A stretch of 64,000 nucleotides of DNA, taken from assembly GCF_963921235.1 (NCBI RefSeq), contig NC_086118.1, positions 27,282,001 through 27,346,000 of the forward strand, in the 5' to 3' direction. The first letter of the stretch is position 1. The number at the start of each line of letters is the position of its first letter. Made by a program: the position numbers and the translations under genes. This DNA is from Mobula hypostoma (taxonomy: Eukaryota). Below the pieces are notes generated by a model. It was not told the DNA's origin and did not search any database. It was given only the letters and a program-made list of their open reading frames with translations. This document shows, in pieces, positions 12,649 to 25,015 of this stretch.

Positions 12649-13848
12649 GAGGAAGTTTTTAAAAACCAACAGAAAGCAACTAAAAAGCCATAAGGACAGA
12701 AAAGATGGAATATGAAGATAGGCTGGACAATAATATAAAAGAGGATACCAAAGGTTTTTCAGATATATAAACAGTAAAAGAGAGGTGAGAGTTGATATTG
12801 GACAGCTGGAAAATGACGCTCGAGTGGGAATAATGGGGGACAAAGAAACGGCGGATGAACTTAATAAATATTTTGCATCAGACTTCACAGTAGAAGACAC
12901 TAGCAGAATGAAAGAAATACGAGAATGTCAGGGGGCAAAAGTCAGTGTAGTTGCTATTACTATGGAGAAGGTGCTGAGGAAGCTGAAAGGTTTGAAGGTA
13001 GATAAGTCACCTGGACTAGATGGACTGCATCCGTGGATTCTAAAGAAGGTAGCTGAAGAGATTTTGGGGCCAATAGTAAAGATCTTTCAGGAATCATTAG
13101 ATTCTCAAATGGTTCCAGAGGACTAGGAAATTGTAAATATCACTACACTCTTTAAGTAAGGAAGCAAATTTTAGATCTGACTCCAGTGGTTGGGAAGATG
13201 TTGCAATTCTTTGAAGAAATGTGCCTCACATAAGGCTGCCCAATGAGTTAAGAGGTCCAGGTATTACAGGAAAGATACTAGCATGGATAAAAGATTAGCT
13301 GACTGGCAGGAGGCAAAGAGAGGGAATAAAGGGGGCATATTCTGGTTGGCTGCCAGTGACTAGCAGTGTTCCACAGGCGTCAGTATTGGGATCACTTCTT
13401 TTCATATTATATGTTAATGATTTGAATGATGTATTTGATGGCTTTGAAGCTATGTATGCAGACAATACAATGAGAGTTGGCGGGGCAGGTAGTGCTGAGG
13501 AATTAGAGAGTCTGCAAAAGGACTTAGATAGAAAAAGAGAAAAGACAAAGAAGTGACACATGGAATACAGTGCAGGGATCTGTATAGTCATGCACTTTGG
13601 TAGAAGGAACAAATGCATAGACTATTTTCTAAATGAGGAGAATATTTGAAATTCAGATCTGCACAGGGACTTAGGTGTGCATGTGCAGGATTTCCTGAAG
13701 GTAACTTCCAGGTTCGGTCAGTGGTAAGGAAGGCGAATGCAATGTTAGCATTCATTTCGAGAGGATTATAATATAAGATCAAGCATGTAATACTGAGGTT
13801 TTATAAAGCATTGTTGAGACTGCACTTGGAGGATTGTGAGCAGTCTCC

Positions 13849-13899
13849 AAGACTTGTGTAGCAAGACTGTTTTCAAGACTAATCTCTGAGACCATCCTT
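13849..13899 (+). repeat. 51-bp exact copy of 12215-12265
   Basis: aagacttgtgtagcaagactgttttcaagactaatctctgagaccatcctt occurs identically at both positions. Confidence 0.95.
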
Positions 13900-13914
13900 A
13901 ATCTCAGACTAATC

Positions 13915-14232
13915 TCTGCCCCCTCCCCTAGCTGCCTACTACCTCCCTCATGGTTCTGCCTCCTTCCACTACCTATTGTGCTTTCCTCTATTCCTTCTTC
14001 ACCTTTCCTGCCTATCACTTCCCTGCTTCCCCTCCCCCACCTTTCTCCTTACTTTTTTTTCACCTAGCACCTACCAGTCTTCTTCCCAACCTCCCCCCAC
14101 CTTCTTTATAGGGCCTCTGCTCCTTCCCTCTTCAGTCCTGACGAAGGGTTCCGGCCCGAAACGTTGACTGATCGTTTCCACGGATGCTGCCCGACCTGCT
14201 GAGTTCCTCCAGTGTGTTGTGAGTGTTGCTCT
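13915..14232 (+). mobile_element. Penelope-like (Neptune-type) pseudo-LTR fragment
   Basis: Pyrimidine-rich tract, hammerhead motif, then gatgctgcc..acctgctgagttcctccag as in other PLE 3' ends in the window. Confidence 0.8.
14132..14171 (+). ncRNA. Minimal type I hammerhead ribozyme motif (PLE-associated)
   Basis: Stem I ucaguc/gacuga, CUGACGA box (14138-14144) plus extra A, stem II gggu-uccg-gccc, GAAAC, GUU triplet; stem III reduced to palindromic ACGU. Confidence 0.75.
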
Positions 14233-14289
14233 TGTGTTTATGACAGATGCTTCATTCCAGCTCATGTACTATTGTGACAAAAATCCACC

Positions 14290-14460
14290 ACAAACACTCA
14301 TCAAAATTTCTGGATGTGACCTGTGATGTCTCACTCCATTTTCACAAGCCTCTTCAAGGAATAACCTCAAAAGTTAAATTATGTGTAAATATTGTCAAGA
14401 AATTTGCAGGATTTTGGTGTTATGCATTATGTATTCTAAGGCTGATTCCTGTGTGCAGGT
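14290..14460 (+). mobile_element. Old Vingi/Ingi (I-group)-like LINE RT C-terminal remnant
   Basis: KFLDVTCDVSLHFHKPLQGITSKVKLCVNIVKKFAG resembles the KYLGVTLDRxLxFxxH...KVxxRxNIIxKLAG pattern of I-group LINEs. Confidence 0.5.
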
Positions 14461-15243
14461 TTGATAGGATGCTGACATGAGCATTGTATCATGCAATTAT
14501 GTCTAGACTGCTGAAAAACAAACGAGTTGCCTTGACTGTCAAACACTGCATCAGTCTATTAGATTCAGAGCCTGCAACAGTCTATCAGGTGCAAACCCAA
14601 CGGCTTTGTTAGATTGAAATTAACTTCGAATCTATTTATCGACCAAAACCTTAACAATGTAGCTGCAATGTAGTTTGAAGCTTTACAATGTATTCTGAAT
14701 TAGTGCTAAACCTAGGCATGACTTTACTTTGTGTCACATTCTTGTGAAAGAAGATGAAAGAAAAACAACTTGCAAATCAAGTCAATTATCACAGTTCCAG
14801 CAAGAAAACTCTGGCTTCAGCCAATACAGAAGAGAATGGAAATTGGTCAATTGGATCCAAATAGTCTCCATACAATAAAATCAATCCATTCTTGTGGTTG
14901 GAAATCAAGGGATGGGCAGAAGACTGAAGACGATATTTGAGTGAGCTTTGCTAAATGGTGGAGGAGATGGGTTAGCAGATATTTCTGATCAAATATTAAG
15001 CAGTTGGAGGAACTCAGTGGGTCGGCATTTGTGGAGGCAAAGGGAGAATTGACATTTTGGATTGGGACTCAGCATCTGCAACCTCTTGTGTCAAGTATTT
15101 CTTGATCTTGTATAACTACCAGCCACAGCTCGCTTTCTTTTGTTTGGGTGCATTCTCTCCATCTGTTCAGAATGTCTCTCCTAAGGCAATGAGAATGGGA
15201 GCAGGCCACTTATTGCTTGAACCCGTCCTAAATTTACCACTGT

Positions 15244-15516
15244 GGGGTGACGTGGTAGCACAGTGGCTAACACAATGCTTGGCAGTACCAGCAGCCTGGG
15301 TTCAATTCCTGCCATTGTCTTCAAGGAATTTGTACATTCTCCACGTGACTGTGTGGGCTTCCTCTTATAGTCCAAAGATTTACTGGTTGGTAGGTTAAAT
15401 AGTCATTGTAAATTTCCCTGTGATAAGGCTAGGGTTAAATTAGGGTTGCTGGGCGTCATGGCCCGAAAGGCCAAAAAGGGCCTGCTCTGCGCTGTATCTC
15501 AATAAATAAATAAAAA
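15244..15516 (+). mobile_element. HE1-like V-SINE
   Basis: tRNA head (gtggtagcacagtggctaa; B box ggttcaattcc), V-domain-like ggaatttgtacattctccacgtgactgtgtgggcttcctc, CR1-like 3' stem-loop and (AATA)n tail. Confidence 0.8.
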
Positions 15517-16207
15517 TTTCAATGAGCTCTAATTCCTTCCACTTGCCTTGCTTCCTTATCCCTGAAGACCTATCCACCCTGGCTTTGCGCTTATCAATTC
15601 AGCTGGCATCTACTGGAGTTAGCTGGAGAGTGTCCTGTGATTCTAGCACCATCTCTGTGTAGAAATTTTTCCTTCAATTTCTTTCTAGTTGTCCTGGGTC
15701 TAATCCTGAGCTATTGTCTGTTTTCCCTCGACTCCCAGCACTGGTAACATAATCCTTTCTCTGCCCTGTTAAGTCTTTCAAAAGTACAGAGTCACAGAGA
15801 GTAGGCCATTTAAACTTGCTGTTATCCAGAGTGAATCCCTAATGCAAACTTTCTCAGTGAAGGCAGTTTGGATCATAGTTCAGGGCCCTTCCAATACAAG
15901 ACCCCACCCCAGTATTTCTTTAAATGTCTGTTAAGCTCCAACCATCAGCTTTCATTGCCTGTCAAAAGAGGTTGTATGTCTCTTCTATAACTGACTTGGA
16001 TGATGCAGTGAAAGGGTGGGTTAGTAAGGTTGCAGATGACGTGTGGGTTCGTGGTGTTGTGGATAGTGCAGAAGGTTATCATAGGTTAAAACAGCACATT
16101 CATAGGATGCAGAGCCTGGCTGAGAAGTGGCAGACAGAAGTCAGTCTAGGAAAGTGTGAAGTGATACACTTTGAAACATCAAATTTGAAGGCAGAGTACA
16201 GGGTTAA

Positions 16208-17495
16208 CTACTGATGTCTACTATAAGCCTACTGACTCTCACAGCTATCCGGACTATTCCTCTTCTCACCCTGTCTCTTGCAAAAATGCCACCCCCTTCT
16301 CGCAGTTCCTCCGTCTCCGCCGCATCTGCTCTCAGGATGAGGCTTTTCATTCCAGGACGAGGGAGATGTCCTCCTTTTTTAAAGAAAGCAGCTTCCTTTC
16401 CTCCACCATCAACTCTGCTCTCAAACGCATCTCCCCTATTTCACGCACATCCGCTTTCACTCCATCCTCCCGCCACCCCATTAGGAATAGGGTTCCCCTG
16501 GTCCTCACCTACCACCCCACCAGCCTCCGGGTCCAACATATTATCCTCCGTAACTTCCGCCACCTCCAACGGGATCCCACCACTAAGCATATCTTTCCCT
16601 CCCCTCCTCTCTGCTTTCCGCAGGGATCACTCCCTGCACGACTCCCTTGTCCATTCGTGCCCCCCATCCCTCCTCACTGATCTCCCTCCTGGCCCTTATC
16701 CTTGTAAGCGGAACAAGAGCTACACATGCCCTTACACTTCCTCCCTTACCACCATTCAGGGCCCCAGACAGTCCTTCCAGATGAGGCGACGCCTCACTTG
16801 TGAGTCAGCTGGGGTGATATACTGTGTCCGGTGCTCCCAATGCGACCTTCTATATATTGGCGAGACCCAACGCAGGCTGGTAGACCATTTCGCTGAACAC
16901 CTACGCTCTGTCCACCAGAGAAAGCAGGATCTCCTAGTGGCCACATATTTTAATTCCACGTCCCATTCCCATTCTGATATGTCTATCCACAGCCTCCTCT
17001 ACTGTCAAGATGAAGCCACACTCAGGTTGGAGGAATAACACCTTATATTCCGTCTGAGTAGCCTCCAACCTGATGGCATGAACATTGACTTCTCTAACTT
17101 CCGTTAATGCCCCATCTCCCTTTCGTGCCCCACCCGTAATTTATTTATTTATTTATTTATTCTCTTTCTCCTTTTTCTCCCTCTGTCCCTCTCACTATAC
17201 CCCTTGCCCATCCTCTGGGCTTCCCCCCTCCTCCTTTCTTTCTCCGTAGGCCTCCTGTCCCATGATCCTCTCATATTCCTTTTGCCAATCAACTTTCCAG
17301 CTCTTGGCTCCATCCCCCCCCCTCCTGTCTTCTCCTATCATTTCGGATCTCCCCCTCCCCCTCCCACTTTCAAATCTTTTACTAGCTCTTCCTTCAGTTA
17401 GTCCTGACGAAGGGTCTCGGCCTGAAACGTCAACTGTACCTCTTCCTAGAGATGCTGCCTGGCCTACCATGTTCACCAGCAACTTTGATGTGCGA
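16208..17495 (+). mobile_element. 5'-truncated Penelope-like element (Neptune-type): RT thumb, GIY-YIG endonuclease, pLTR
   Basis: TDVYYKPTDSHSY...PFSQFLRLRRICS, PLVLTYHP, Cys-rich linker, GIY-YIG VIYCVRCSQCDLLYIGETQRRLVDHFAEH, C-terminus LSSLQPDGMNIDF*; hammerhead at 17404-17431; 11-bp TSD tacagggttaa at 16197-16207 and 17496-17506. Confidence 0.93.
17399..17437 (+). ncRNA. Hammerhead ribozyme motif in PLE pLTR
   Basis: CUGACGA (17404-17410), A, gggucucggccu, GAAAC, GUC; first pair of stem I mismatched. Confidence 0.65.
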
Positions 17496-18321
17496 TACAG
17501 GGTTAATGGCAGGATTCTTAGCAGTGCAGAGAAACAGATAAAACTTGGGGTCAGTGACCAGAGATCCCTCAAAGTTGCCGTGCAAGTTGATAGGGTTTTT
17601 AAGAATGCATATGGTTTGTAGGCCTTCATTAGTCAGTGGATTCAGTTCATGAACTGTGATGTTGTAAGACCACACTTGGAATGTTGCATTCAGTTCTCAT
17701 TGCCTCATTATAGGAAGGTTGTGGAAGATTGCGAGATGGCACAGGGGAGATTTACCAGAATACTGCCTGGCATAGAGAGCGTGTCTTATGGGGATAATTT
17801 GAGTGAGCTCGGGCTTTTCCCTTTGCGGTGAAGGAGGAAGAGAGGTGACTTGATAGAGATGTAGAAGATGAAGCGAGGCATAGATAGAGTGGAAATCCTA
17901 TGGCTTTTTCTCCAGGTGGAAATAACTAAAACAATGGGGCATAATTTTGAGGAGATTGAATGAAAGTATAGAGGGGATGTCAGAGGTAGTTTTATTTTTA
18001 CAGAGTGAGGCAGGTACATGGAATGCACTGCCAGGGGTGGTGATAAAGGGAGATACAGTAAGGATACTTAAGAGTCTGTTAGGCATATGGATGAAAGTAA
18101 AGTGGAGGGCTAGGTGGGAAAGGTTAAGTTGATCTTAGAATAGGTTCAAATGTCAGCACAACCTTGTGGATAAAAAGTCTGTGCTGTGCTGGACTGTGTT
18201 CTACAGTATGTTCTGTGTTTCTAAATACTCCTAATAAAAATTTCTACAGCTATTATTTTAAATATTGAAGCACTAGAATATGGTTCATGTGATCATTCTG
18301 AATGATATATCCTTTAGGAAT

Positions 18322-18540
18322 AAAACAAATTTCTTGACCATCTCAACATTTCGGTCAGCATCTGTGGAAAGAAAAGTTGTTAATATTTTGGATTAAAGAA
18401 CGTGCTGATGCAGCTCAGTGTTGATAAGGGTCTTTAAATGTCAATTGTTTCTCTTTCCACAGATACTGACTGAACTGCAGTGTTTTCCCAGTATTTACAG
18501 TTTTTTAATTTCAGATTTGCATTTGCTGCAGATTTTTTTG
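18322..18540. mobile_element. Highly decayed inverted pair of PLE pLTR ends
   Basis: ggtcagcatctgtggaaagaaa (~18353-18374) is the near reverse complement of tctctttccacagatactgact (~18450-18471); degenerate tgataagggtct...aaatgtcaa hammerhead remnant. Confidence 0.5.
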
Positions 18541-19509
18541 ACTAACTTTTAGGAGTTTTGATCAGCCTGCGGTGCACTTGTTCCAAGTTATCCTTTGGCA
18601 AAACCCTCAGTAAACCACGAGGCACTGCTTCCTTGTGTAATATGATGAGAGTGGTAAGGAGGAGGATAAAATAGTTGTTGATGATGCTTTTAGTGACCAA
18701 GGACTTGGAAGTGAAAGGGTTATAGCAGTCAATTTGATGAAGATAATGAAGCTCTGATGAATGAAGAAAAGAAGAACAGGAAACATGACAGTTTGCTAAA
18801 ATCACCAATGACAAGGATGTACTCAGTGAGTCACTTGGACAGAAGATCTTTCGAAGTCACTGCGGTGCTCAGAATGAAAACAAAGTAACAACTACGAGTG
18901 ATGCAGCTCCTAGTGATGTCAGCAGTCAAGGAACAACTTCTCTCTTGTTTGGAATTCAACACAACCCCTTAGCTAGATTATTGATTCACAGTGAACCGAC
19001 GGCTGCCCAATCCTTAACCTAATATTAAAGTAAATTACGTTAGCTGAACAACCGATGCATGGAATTGAGCCTGGCAGGGGAATCTCTTTTAAAAGAATTG
19101 CATTCTTAAAGAGATATGCAGACTTATCTACGTATGGAAGTTGAATTGCACCTACTTTGGTGAGATAAAATTTTGTTGTAAGTGAACTCATATCTTCTGC
19201 AAAAAAGAATCAGTGCAATAGGTTGAAAAAACATTTGAAATAGATGTCAACAGCACAAAACAACAGCACAAAAATAAGTGATCCCCGATAGCATCTCACT
19301 TAGTTTTATATATTGAACAACGCTGTCGTACAGCAACAAAGAAGAATACAGTTCTTAAAGACATATTCCCCATTTAACATCATCATTGCCATAAAGTCTG
19401 ATCTCCAAATACTTGCGTGAGAAAATATGCGCATACTGCAGCTTGGTCACTGTTGTTGCGGTGACTTTGGTTCTGAATTGGAGATAATGTTGGTCAAGTT
19501 GGAGATAAT

Positions 19510-20045
19510 ATTGGTCCAGTTCTGGTCACCTCACTGCAGGAAGGATGTGGATTCCATAGAAAGAGTGCAGAGGAGACTTACAAGGATGTTACCTGGATTG
19601 GAGAGCATGCCTTGTGAAAATAGGTTGAGTGAACTCGGCCTTTTCTTCTTGGAGGGACGGAAGATGAGAGGTGACTTAATTGGGGTGTATAAGATGATGA
19701 GAGGCATCGATCTTGTGAATAGCCAGAGGTTTTTTCCCCCAGGGCTGAAATGGTTAACACGAGAGGGCATAGTTTTAAGGTGCTTGGAAATAGGTACCGA
19801 GAGGATGTCAAGGGTAAGTATTTCACACCGAGAGTGGTGGGTGCGTGGTATGCACTACCGGCGATGGTGGTAGAGATGGATAAAATAAGGTCTTTCAAAA
19901 GACTCTTAGATAGGCACATGGAGCTTAGAAAAATAGAGGGCTATGCGGTAGGGCAATTCTAGACAGTTTCTAGAGTAGATCACATAATTAGCACAAAGTT
20001 GTGGGCTGAACTGCCTGTAATGTGCTGTAGATTTCTATGTTCGGT
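19510..20045 (+). mobile_element. CR1 LINE 3' fragment
   Basis: VQFWSPHCRKDVDSIERVQRRLTRMLPGL...RGDLIGVYKMMRG; TRGHSFKV; 3' tail atttctatgttc. Confidence 0.92.
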
Positions 20046-20429
20046 GTTCTAACAATTTCCCAGATCAGCTGTGATGCAATAGGAATGACAGAGCAGTGCT
20101 TGTTGCCAACCTGCAGAAAGACTGGCTGTGTGTGGACCTGTTACAATCAGAGTTTGCTTGTTGTTACCTTGGAGGCGAATTTCTGCTGGGATTCTTCATA
20201 TTTTGTTTCCATGATGGAGATAGAGGCTTTGATGAATTTGAAATTGGCCAGATTTAGTGGTTGGCCCCTGTAAAAAAATATATATTATTAGGAATTTATG
20301 AGGTGTCTGGTGAAGGAGCTTGTGTCTCTTCTGGGGCAGTTCATAGTTTCTTCCCATTGGACACTCAACTCTCCACTGTGGTTCCAAGTAGCTGTTTGCA
20401 TGTGACAGTGCCTACACACCGATGCACCA

Positions 20430-20935
20430 CTTTGACAAGTGGACTAAATCGGGTGAGGGTAGTGATGGGCCTCATACCTGGGAGAGATAGGGACATATCT
20501 GTCCTAGCATGTAAAGTCAGCTCCAGTGGACTGGGTGCATAAGATCAACAGCGAGATCCAGTGGCCAGGAAGGCAATTCGACAACACTTCATGGAGAATG
20601 AAGGGCATGATGGGGCACAGAGGAAGTCATGGTCATCTACTGAAACCAAGGAAGATCTTAGAGCTGACAACTGCTCCTACCACTGGACATGAGCTTCTGA
20701 GGTTGAGAAAGTGGAACTGCCCCAATGCAAACAACAGGAATTCTGCAGATGCTGGAAATTCAAGCAACACACATCAAAGTTGCTGGTGAACGCAGCAGGC
20801 CAGGCAGCATCTGTAGGAAGAGGTGCAGTCGACGTTTCAGGCCGAGACCCTTCGTCAGGACAATGCAATGGTTTTTTCACTTCAAAAACTTGCGCACACA
20901 GGTTTCCTTATCATTGGATATGACAGAGAACCAAC
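20430..20935 (+). mobile_element. Probable RTE-related non-autonomous repeat hosting a mini-PLE
   Basis: Sequence is continuous across the PLE TSD (ggaactgccccaatgcaa|tggttttttcacttcaaaaact); family assignment from recollection of RTE 5' UTR-like repeats only. Confidence 0.3.
20731..20860 (-). mobile_element. 130-bp PLE pLTR fragment starting at the hammerhead
   Basis: Reverse complement matches ~63604-63733; hammerhead gucCUGACGAagggucucggccuGAAACGUCgac on minus strand (20828-20861); 8-bp TSD caatgcaa at 20723-20730 and 20861-20868. Confidence 0.9.
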
Positions 20936-20948
20936 CGTATTTTATATA

Positions 20949-22078
20949 CAGTGGATTCCGTTTAATTGGGACTTATCGGGAGCAGTACATTTTGGCCCAA
21001 TTAAGAGGCTGTAAAAATTAGCCAAAGTTTTATGGAAATAGTAAAAACTGTATAAAAAAGACAAACTACCATTTAACTGAATTACAAATTATGTATTTAA
21101 ATGAAATACAGACAAATTAGAAAACTATCAATACTACTACAGCACTACAGTACAAAGAAGGTTCACCAGATTGATTCCTGGGATGGCGGGACTTTCATAT
21201 GAAGAAAGACTGGATGAATTGGGCTTGTACTCGTTGGAATTTAGAAGATTGAGGGGGGATCTGATTGAAACGTATAAGATCCTAAAGGGATTGGACAGGC
21301 TAGATGCAGGAAGATTGTTCCCGATGTTGGGGAAGTCCAGAACGAGGGGTCACGGTTTGAGGATAGAAGGGAAGCCTTTTAGGACCGAGATTAGGAAAAA
21401 CTTCTTCACACAGAGAGTGGTGAATCTGTGGAATTCTCTGCCACAGGAAACTGTTGAGGCCAGTTCATTGGCTATATTTAAGAGGGAGTTAGATATGGCC
21501 CTTGTGGCTACGGGGGTCAGGGGGTATGGAGGGAAGGCTGGGGCGGGGTTCTGAGTTGGATGATCAGCCATGATCATAATAAATGGCGGTGCAGGCTCGA
21601 AGGGCTGAATGGCCTACTCCTGCACCTATTTTCTATGTTTCTATGTTTCTATAAAACTGTGTATTAGTTCCTAGTAGTTATTGGACAAATTCATCCAATG
21701 TACATTGCTGTGTTCTTTCAATTGATTGTAAACAAACAAAATCAGCACAGGCGCTTGGTGTAGATAATGGATTGCCTTCATACAATGCTTTCGATGATTA
21801 CATCCTACAAATCTTCATTTTCATTGTAACATTCAAGATGATTGTTGATACCTTCAAATTCTTCATGGGTCCTAACTTGTTGAAGTAGCCAAGTCCTTTC
21901 ATCTTTACTCACAGCTGTTTTTGGCATCTCCAAGGCTGAATTCTTGAAACTGCAGTGAGTTCTTCAGAAGGCAATTCAGATCTGTTTATTTCCTATGAAC
22001 TACCAGTGACAAAATAAAAAGTGTCCCAAATAAGCAGCTGCCCAATTACCTGATGGCCCAATTAACCAGATTCCACTT
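20949..22078. mobile_element. Tc1/mariner-superfamily (Tigger/pogo-like) non-autonomous DNA transposon
   Basis: TA|cagtggattccgtttaattggg ... cccaattaaccagattccactt|TA imperfect 22-bp TIRs with TA duplication; contains a nested CR1. Confidence 0.78.
21149..21651 (+). mobile_element. Young CR1 3' fragment nested in the MITE
   Basis: Uninterrupted ORF2 C-terminus (21171-21554), intact 3' UTR and (TTTCTATG)n tail; near-identical to the minus-strand copy at 28599-29100. Confidence 0.95.
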
Positions 22079-23639
22079 TATTCCCTACATTGCTCTAGAT
22101 TTTGTTACACGTGCATGGTGCGCCTTTGTGATTGGAATCCACGCTGAGATTCAGGAAGCAGCTCTTAGGTCCCAGGGAAAAGCTGTGAAAGAGGACAGCA
22201 AAGAGAGTCTGTAATGTTGGCAAAAATATAGATAAAGCTAAGACTTCGGTGTTGGTTCATCATGATGAAGTTTCATAACCATTGGAAGTGGATGAAATTA
22301 TTTTTATTTTCAACATGTAAGCTGAGAGTTTCTGGCTGATGTTTGAAGGATGGCAGAGCTTTTACCATGCAGGTAATTACCTTCTGCTCTTCTGCATAGG
22401 TGATTGCTGAGAGAAAGATTAAATCACCCAGAAGTGAAAAGCTTTTAATCAGCTTATAATTATAGGTTGTATGAACTCTGGTCCAGATGTAATTTTGATC
22501 CAAGTATGAAACATTTTGGCAATTGTATGAATATTTCAAATTTCAGACATGTTTACATAATTCCATCTCTAGTATGCTGTTCTTTCGTAATTGCTGTATG
22601 TCACGCTTTCTGCATTAATAATGTATTTGTATCTCTTGCATAAATAGAACACTTTTGGCTTGGTAGGCTGATGCACATACTTTTCCTTTTCATAAAATCA
22701 TTTCTTTCAAGTTTTTGGTTGTGATAACTACTCTATGTCAGTGTTAGAGGTAGTAGAGGTGTGCCATAAGGTGTTATTACAGTTGTAATGTTGGAAATGA
22801 CTAGATAATATATTTTCTAAGCCTTTAAGCCTTGATAGCAGGATAGCTCTTCACAGTATCCCCTGCCATCCATTAAATGCACCTAGGAGAGCAGGCAGAT
22901 ACTTGTGTAACTGTTTTGTCCTAAGGTGCCGAGCCCAATAGTTCATCAGTGACTTGGCACTGGACTTGAATTCAGTATCATCTGTCTCAGAAGCTAAGAC
23001 ATTGTGATAAGAACTATAGCTGGCAGCCCAAATGAAAATCATTAACAACAGAACTTGCTAAACAAACTTATTTATATCTCTGGTCCTTGCATTTGAAGTT
23101 GTAAATATTGTCTATTTTAAAAAATATATGTTCTTAATTTGATGCTCCTCATGTAGTAGTAGTTAGTGTGTATGTCATTTCACTGGTGTTACTGTAAAAA
23201 ACATTCCAGAATACTCTTAAAATTTAAACCATAACTGAGGATAGTTTTGAAATACTAATGCTCAAGTATTAGATTCTGGGAAAGCAAAGAGGCAGATGAT
23301 CCTACAATTGGCTTCTCTTCTTGAAGCCATGTTTTTGCAGGATCCTAACTAACATTGTATATTTGTAGCTTTAATCTGTCTACTCTGATGGGAAGACCAG
23401 AAAGAGATAATGTACGTTTCCCAATGATCAACATAGTTCTATACTAGTACTTGTTAGAGTAGGAGTGTATGATTTGGAATTTAAAGAAAATATTTTAAAA
23501 ATGAAATCAACCACAACATTTGTGAAATGGGACGGTATTGATCTAGGTATGTTTTATCTCCATTATATCCAAATTACATCAAAGGAATTTAACTTCTGAC
23601 AGAAATGCCTGGAGATACATTACCATAGGACCGTAAGAC

Positions 23640-25015
23640 CTCAGTAGTTGGGAAGATGTTAGAGTCAATTGTTAAGGATGAGGTGATGGAGGACTTGGTG
23701 ACACAGGACAAGATAGTACAAAGTCAGAATGGTTTCCTTCAGGGAAATTCTGTTGGAATTCTTTGAGGAGATTACAAGTAGGATAGATAAAGGGGATGTA
23801 GTGGATGTTGTATATTTGGACTTTCAGAAGGCCTGTGACAAGGTGCCACAAATGGAGCTGCTTACCAAGTTAAGAACTCATAGTATTACAAGAAAGATAC
23901 TAACATGGCTGGAGCATTGGCTGATCGGTAGGAGGTAGCGAGTGGGAATAAAAGGATCCTTTTCTGGTTGGCTGCCAGTGACTAGTGGTGTACTGCAGGG
24001 GTCGGTGTTGGGACCACTTCTTTTTATGAAATATATAAATGATTTAGGTGATGGAATAGGTGGCTTTGTTGCCAAGTTTGCAGATGATACAAAGATTGGT
24101 GGAGGGGCAGGTAGTGTTGAGGAAACAGGTAGGATGCGGAAGAACTTAGACCAATTAAGAGAATGGGCAAGAACATGGCAAATAAAATACAATGTTGGAA
24201 AACGCATGGTAATGCATTTTGGTAATAGAAATAAATGTGCAGACTGTTTTCTAAACGAGGAGGAAATCCAAGAACCTGAGATGTAGAGGGACTTGGGAGT
24301 CCTTGTGCAGAACACTCTGAAGGTTAACTTGCAGGTTGAGTTGGTGGTGAGGAAGGAAAATGCCACTTTATCATTCATTTCAAGAGGTCTAGAATACAAA
24401 AGCAAGGATGTGATGCTGAGGCTTTATAAGGCACTGGTAAGACCTCACCTTGAGTATTGTGAACAGTTTTGGGCCCCTCATCTTAGAAAAGATGTGCTGG
24501 CATTGGAGAAACTCCAGAGGAGGTTCACAAGGATGATTCCAGGAATGAAAGGGTTATCATACGAGGAACGTTTGATGGCTCTGGGTCTGTACTCACTGGA
24601 ATTCAGAAGGATGAGGGGTGATCTCATTGAAACCTTTCGAATGTTGAAAGGCCTAGACAGAGTAGGTATGGGAAAGATGTTCCCATGGTGGGAGAATCTA
24701 GGACAGGAGGGCACAGCCTCAGGATAGAGGGGGCATTCATTTAAAATGGAGATGCGGAGAAATATCTTTAGCCAAAGGGTGGTGAATTTGTGTAATTTGT
24801 CACCTCCTGTAGCTGTGGAGGCCAGGTCGTTGGGTGTATTTAAGGCAGAGATTGATAGTTTCTTGATGGATATGGCATCAAAGGTTGCGGAGAGTAGGCC
24901 AGGAGCTGGAGTTGAGGAGGAGATAGAAACAAGGATCAGCCATGATTAAATGGCGGAGAAGACTTGATGGGCCAGACGGCCTAATTCTGCTCCTATGTCT
25001 AATGGTCTTATGGTC
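23640..25015 (+). mobile_element. 5'-truncated CR1 LINE (RT to 3' tail)
   Basis: YLDFQKACDKVP, GVLQGSVLGPLLF, KFADDTKIGG, LVRPHLEYC; tail tctaatggtcttatggtc; candidate TSD taagac at 23634-23639 and 25016-25021. Confidence 0.93.

Larger units (their letters stand above)
6174..13845 (+). mobile_element. Decayed CR1 LINE split by PLE, non-autonomous repeats and a BEL/Pao element; 3' end missing
   Basis: Collinear with the CR1 at ~535-3330: inter-ORF spacer (6174-6290), APE (6291-6378, 6899-7132, 7922-8250; IIMGDFN), linker (8261-8545, 12649-13126; KSPGLDGLHP), RT (13356-13556; VPQASVLGSLLFILYVNDL, YADN). Breaks off at ~13845. Confidence 0.88.
15987..18222 (+). mobile_element. 5'-truncated CR1 LINE interrupted by a PLE
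   Basis: ITDLDD...SKVADD...AEKWQTE...KCEVIHF (ORF 15924-16214); resumes at 17496 (YRVNGRILSS, VRPHLECCIQF); CR1 3' UTR ending in a tgttcta-type tail. Confidence 0.88.

Noticed and set aside
16214..17038. 274-aa ORF, the longest in the window, as a host gene
   Set aside because: Frameshift product of the PLE: the N-terminal part is an off-frame reading and only the C-terminal part is the GIY-YIG domain.
18640..18900. Purine-rich stretch translating to acidic peptides (possible decayed pseudogene)
   Set aside because: Needs frameshifts and matches no family I recognise.
23345..23417. Branch point-like ctaactaac, acceptor and gtacgt donor defining a 43-nt exon
   Set aside because: Peptide unrecognisable and polypyrimidine tract weak; insufficient support.
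23878..24405. Long antisense ORFs over CR1/Rex RT regions (also 29368-29772, 25438-25764, 40021-40415)
   Set aside because: Antisense shadows of conserved RT coding sequence, not independent genes.
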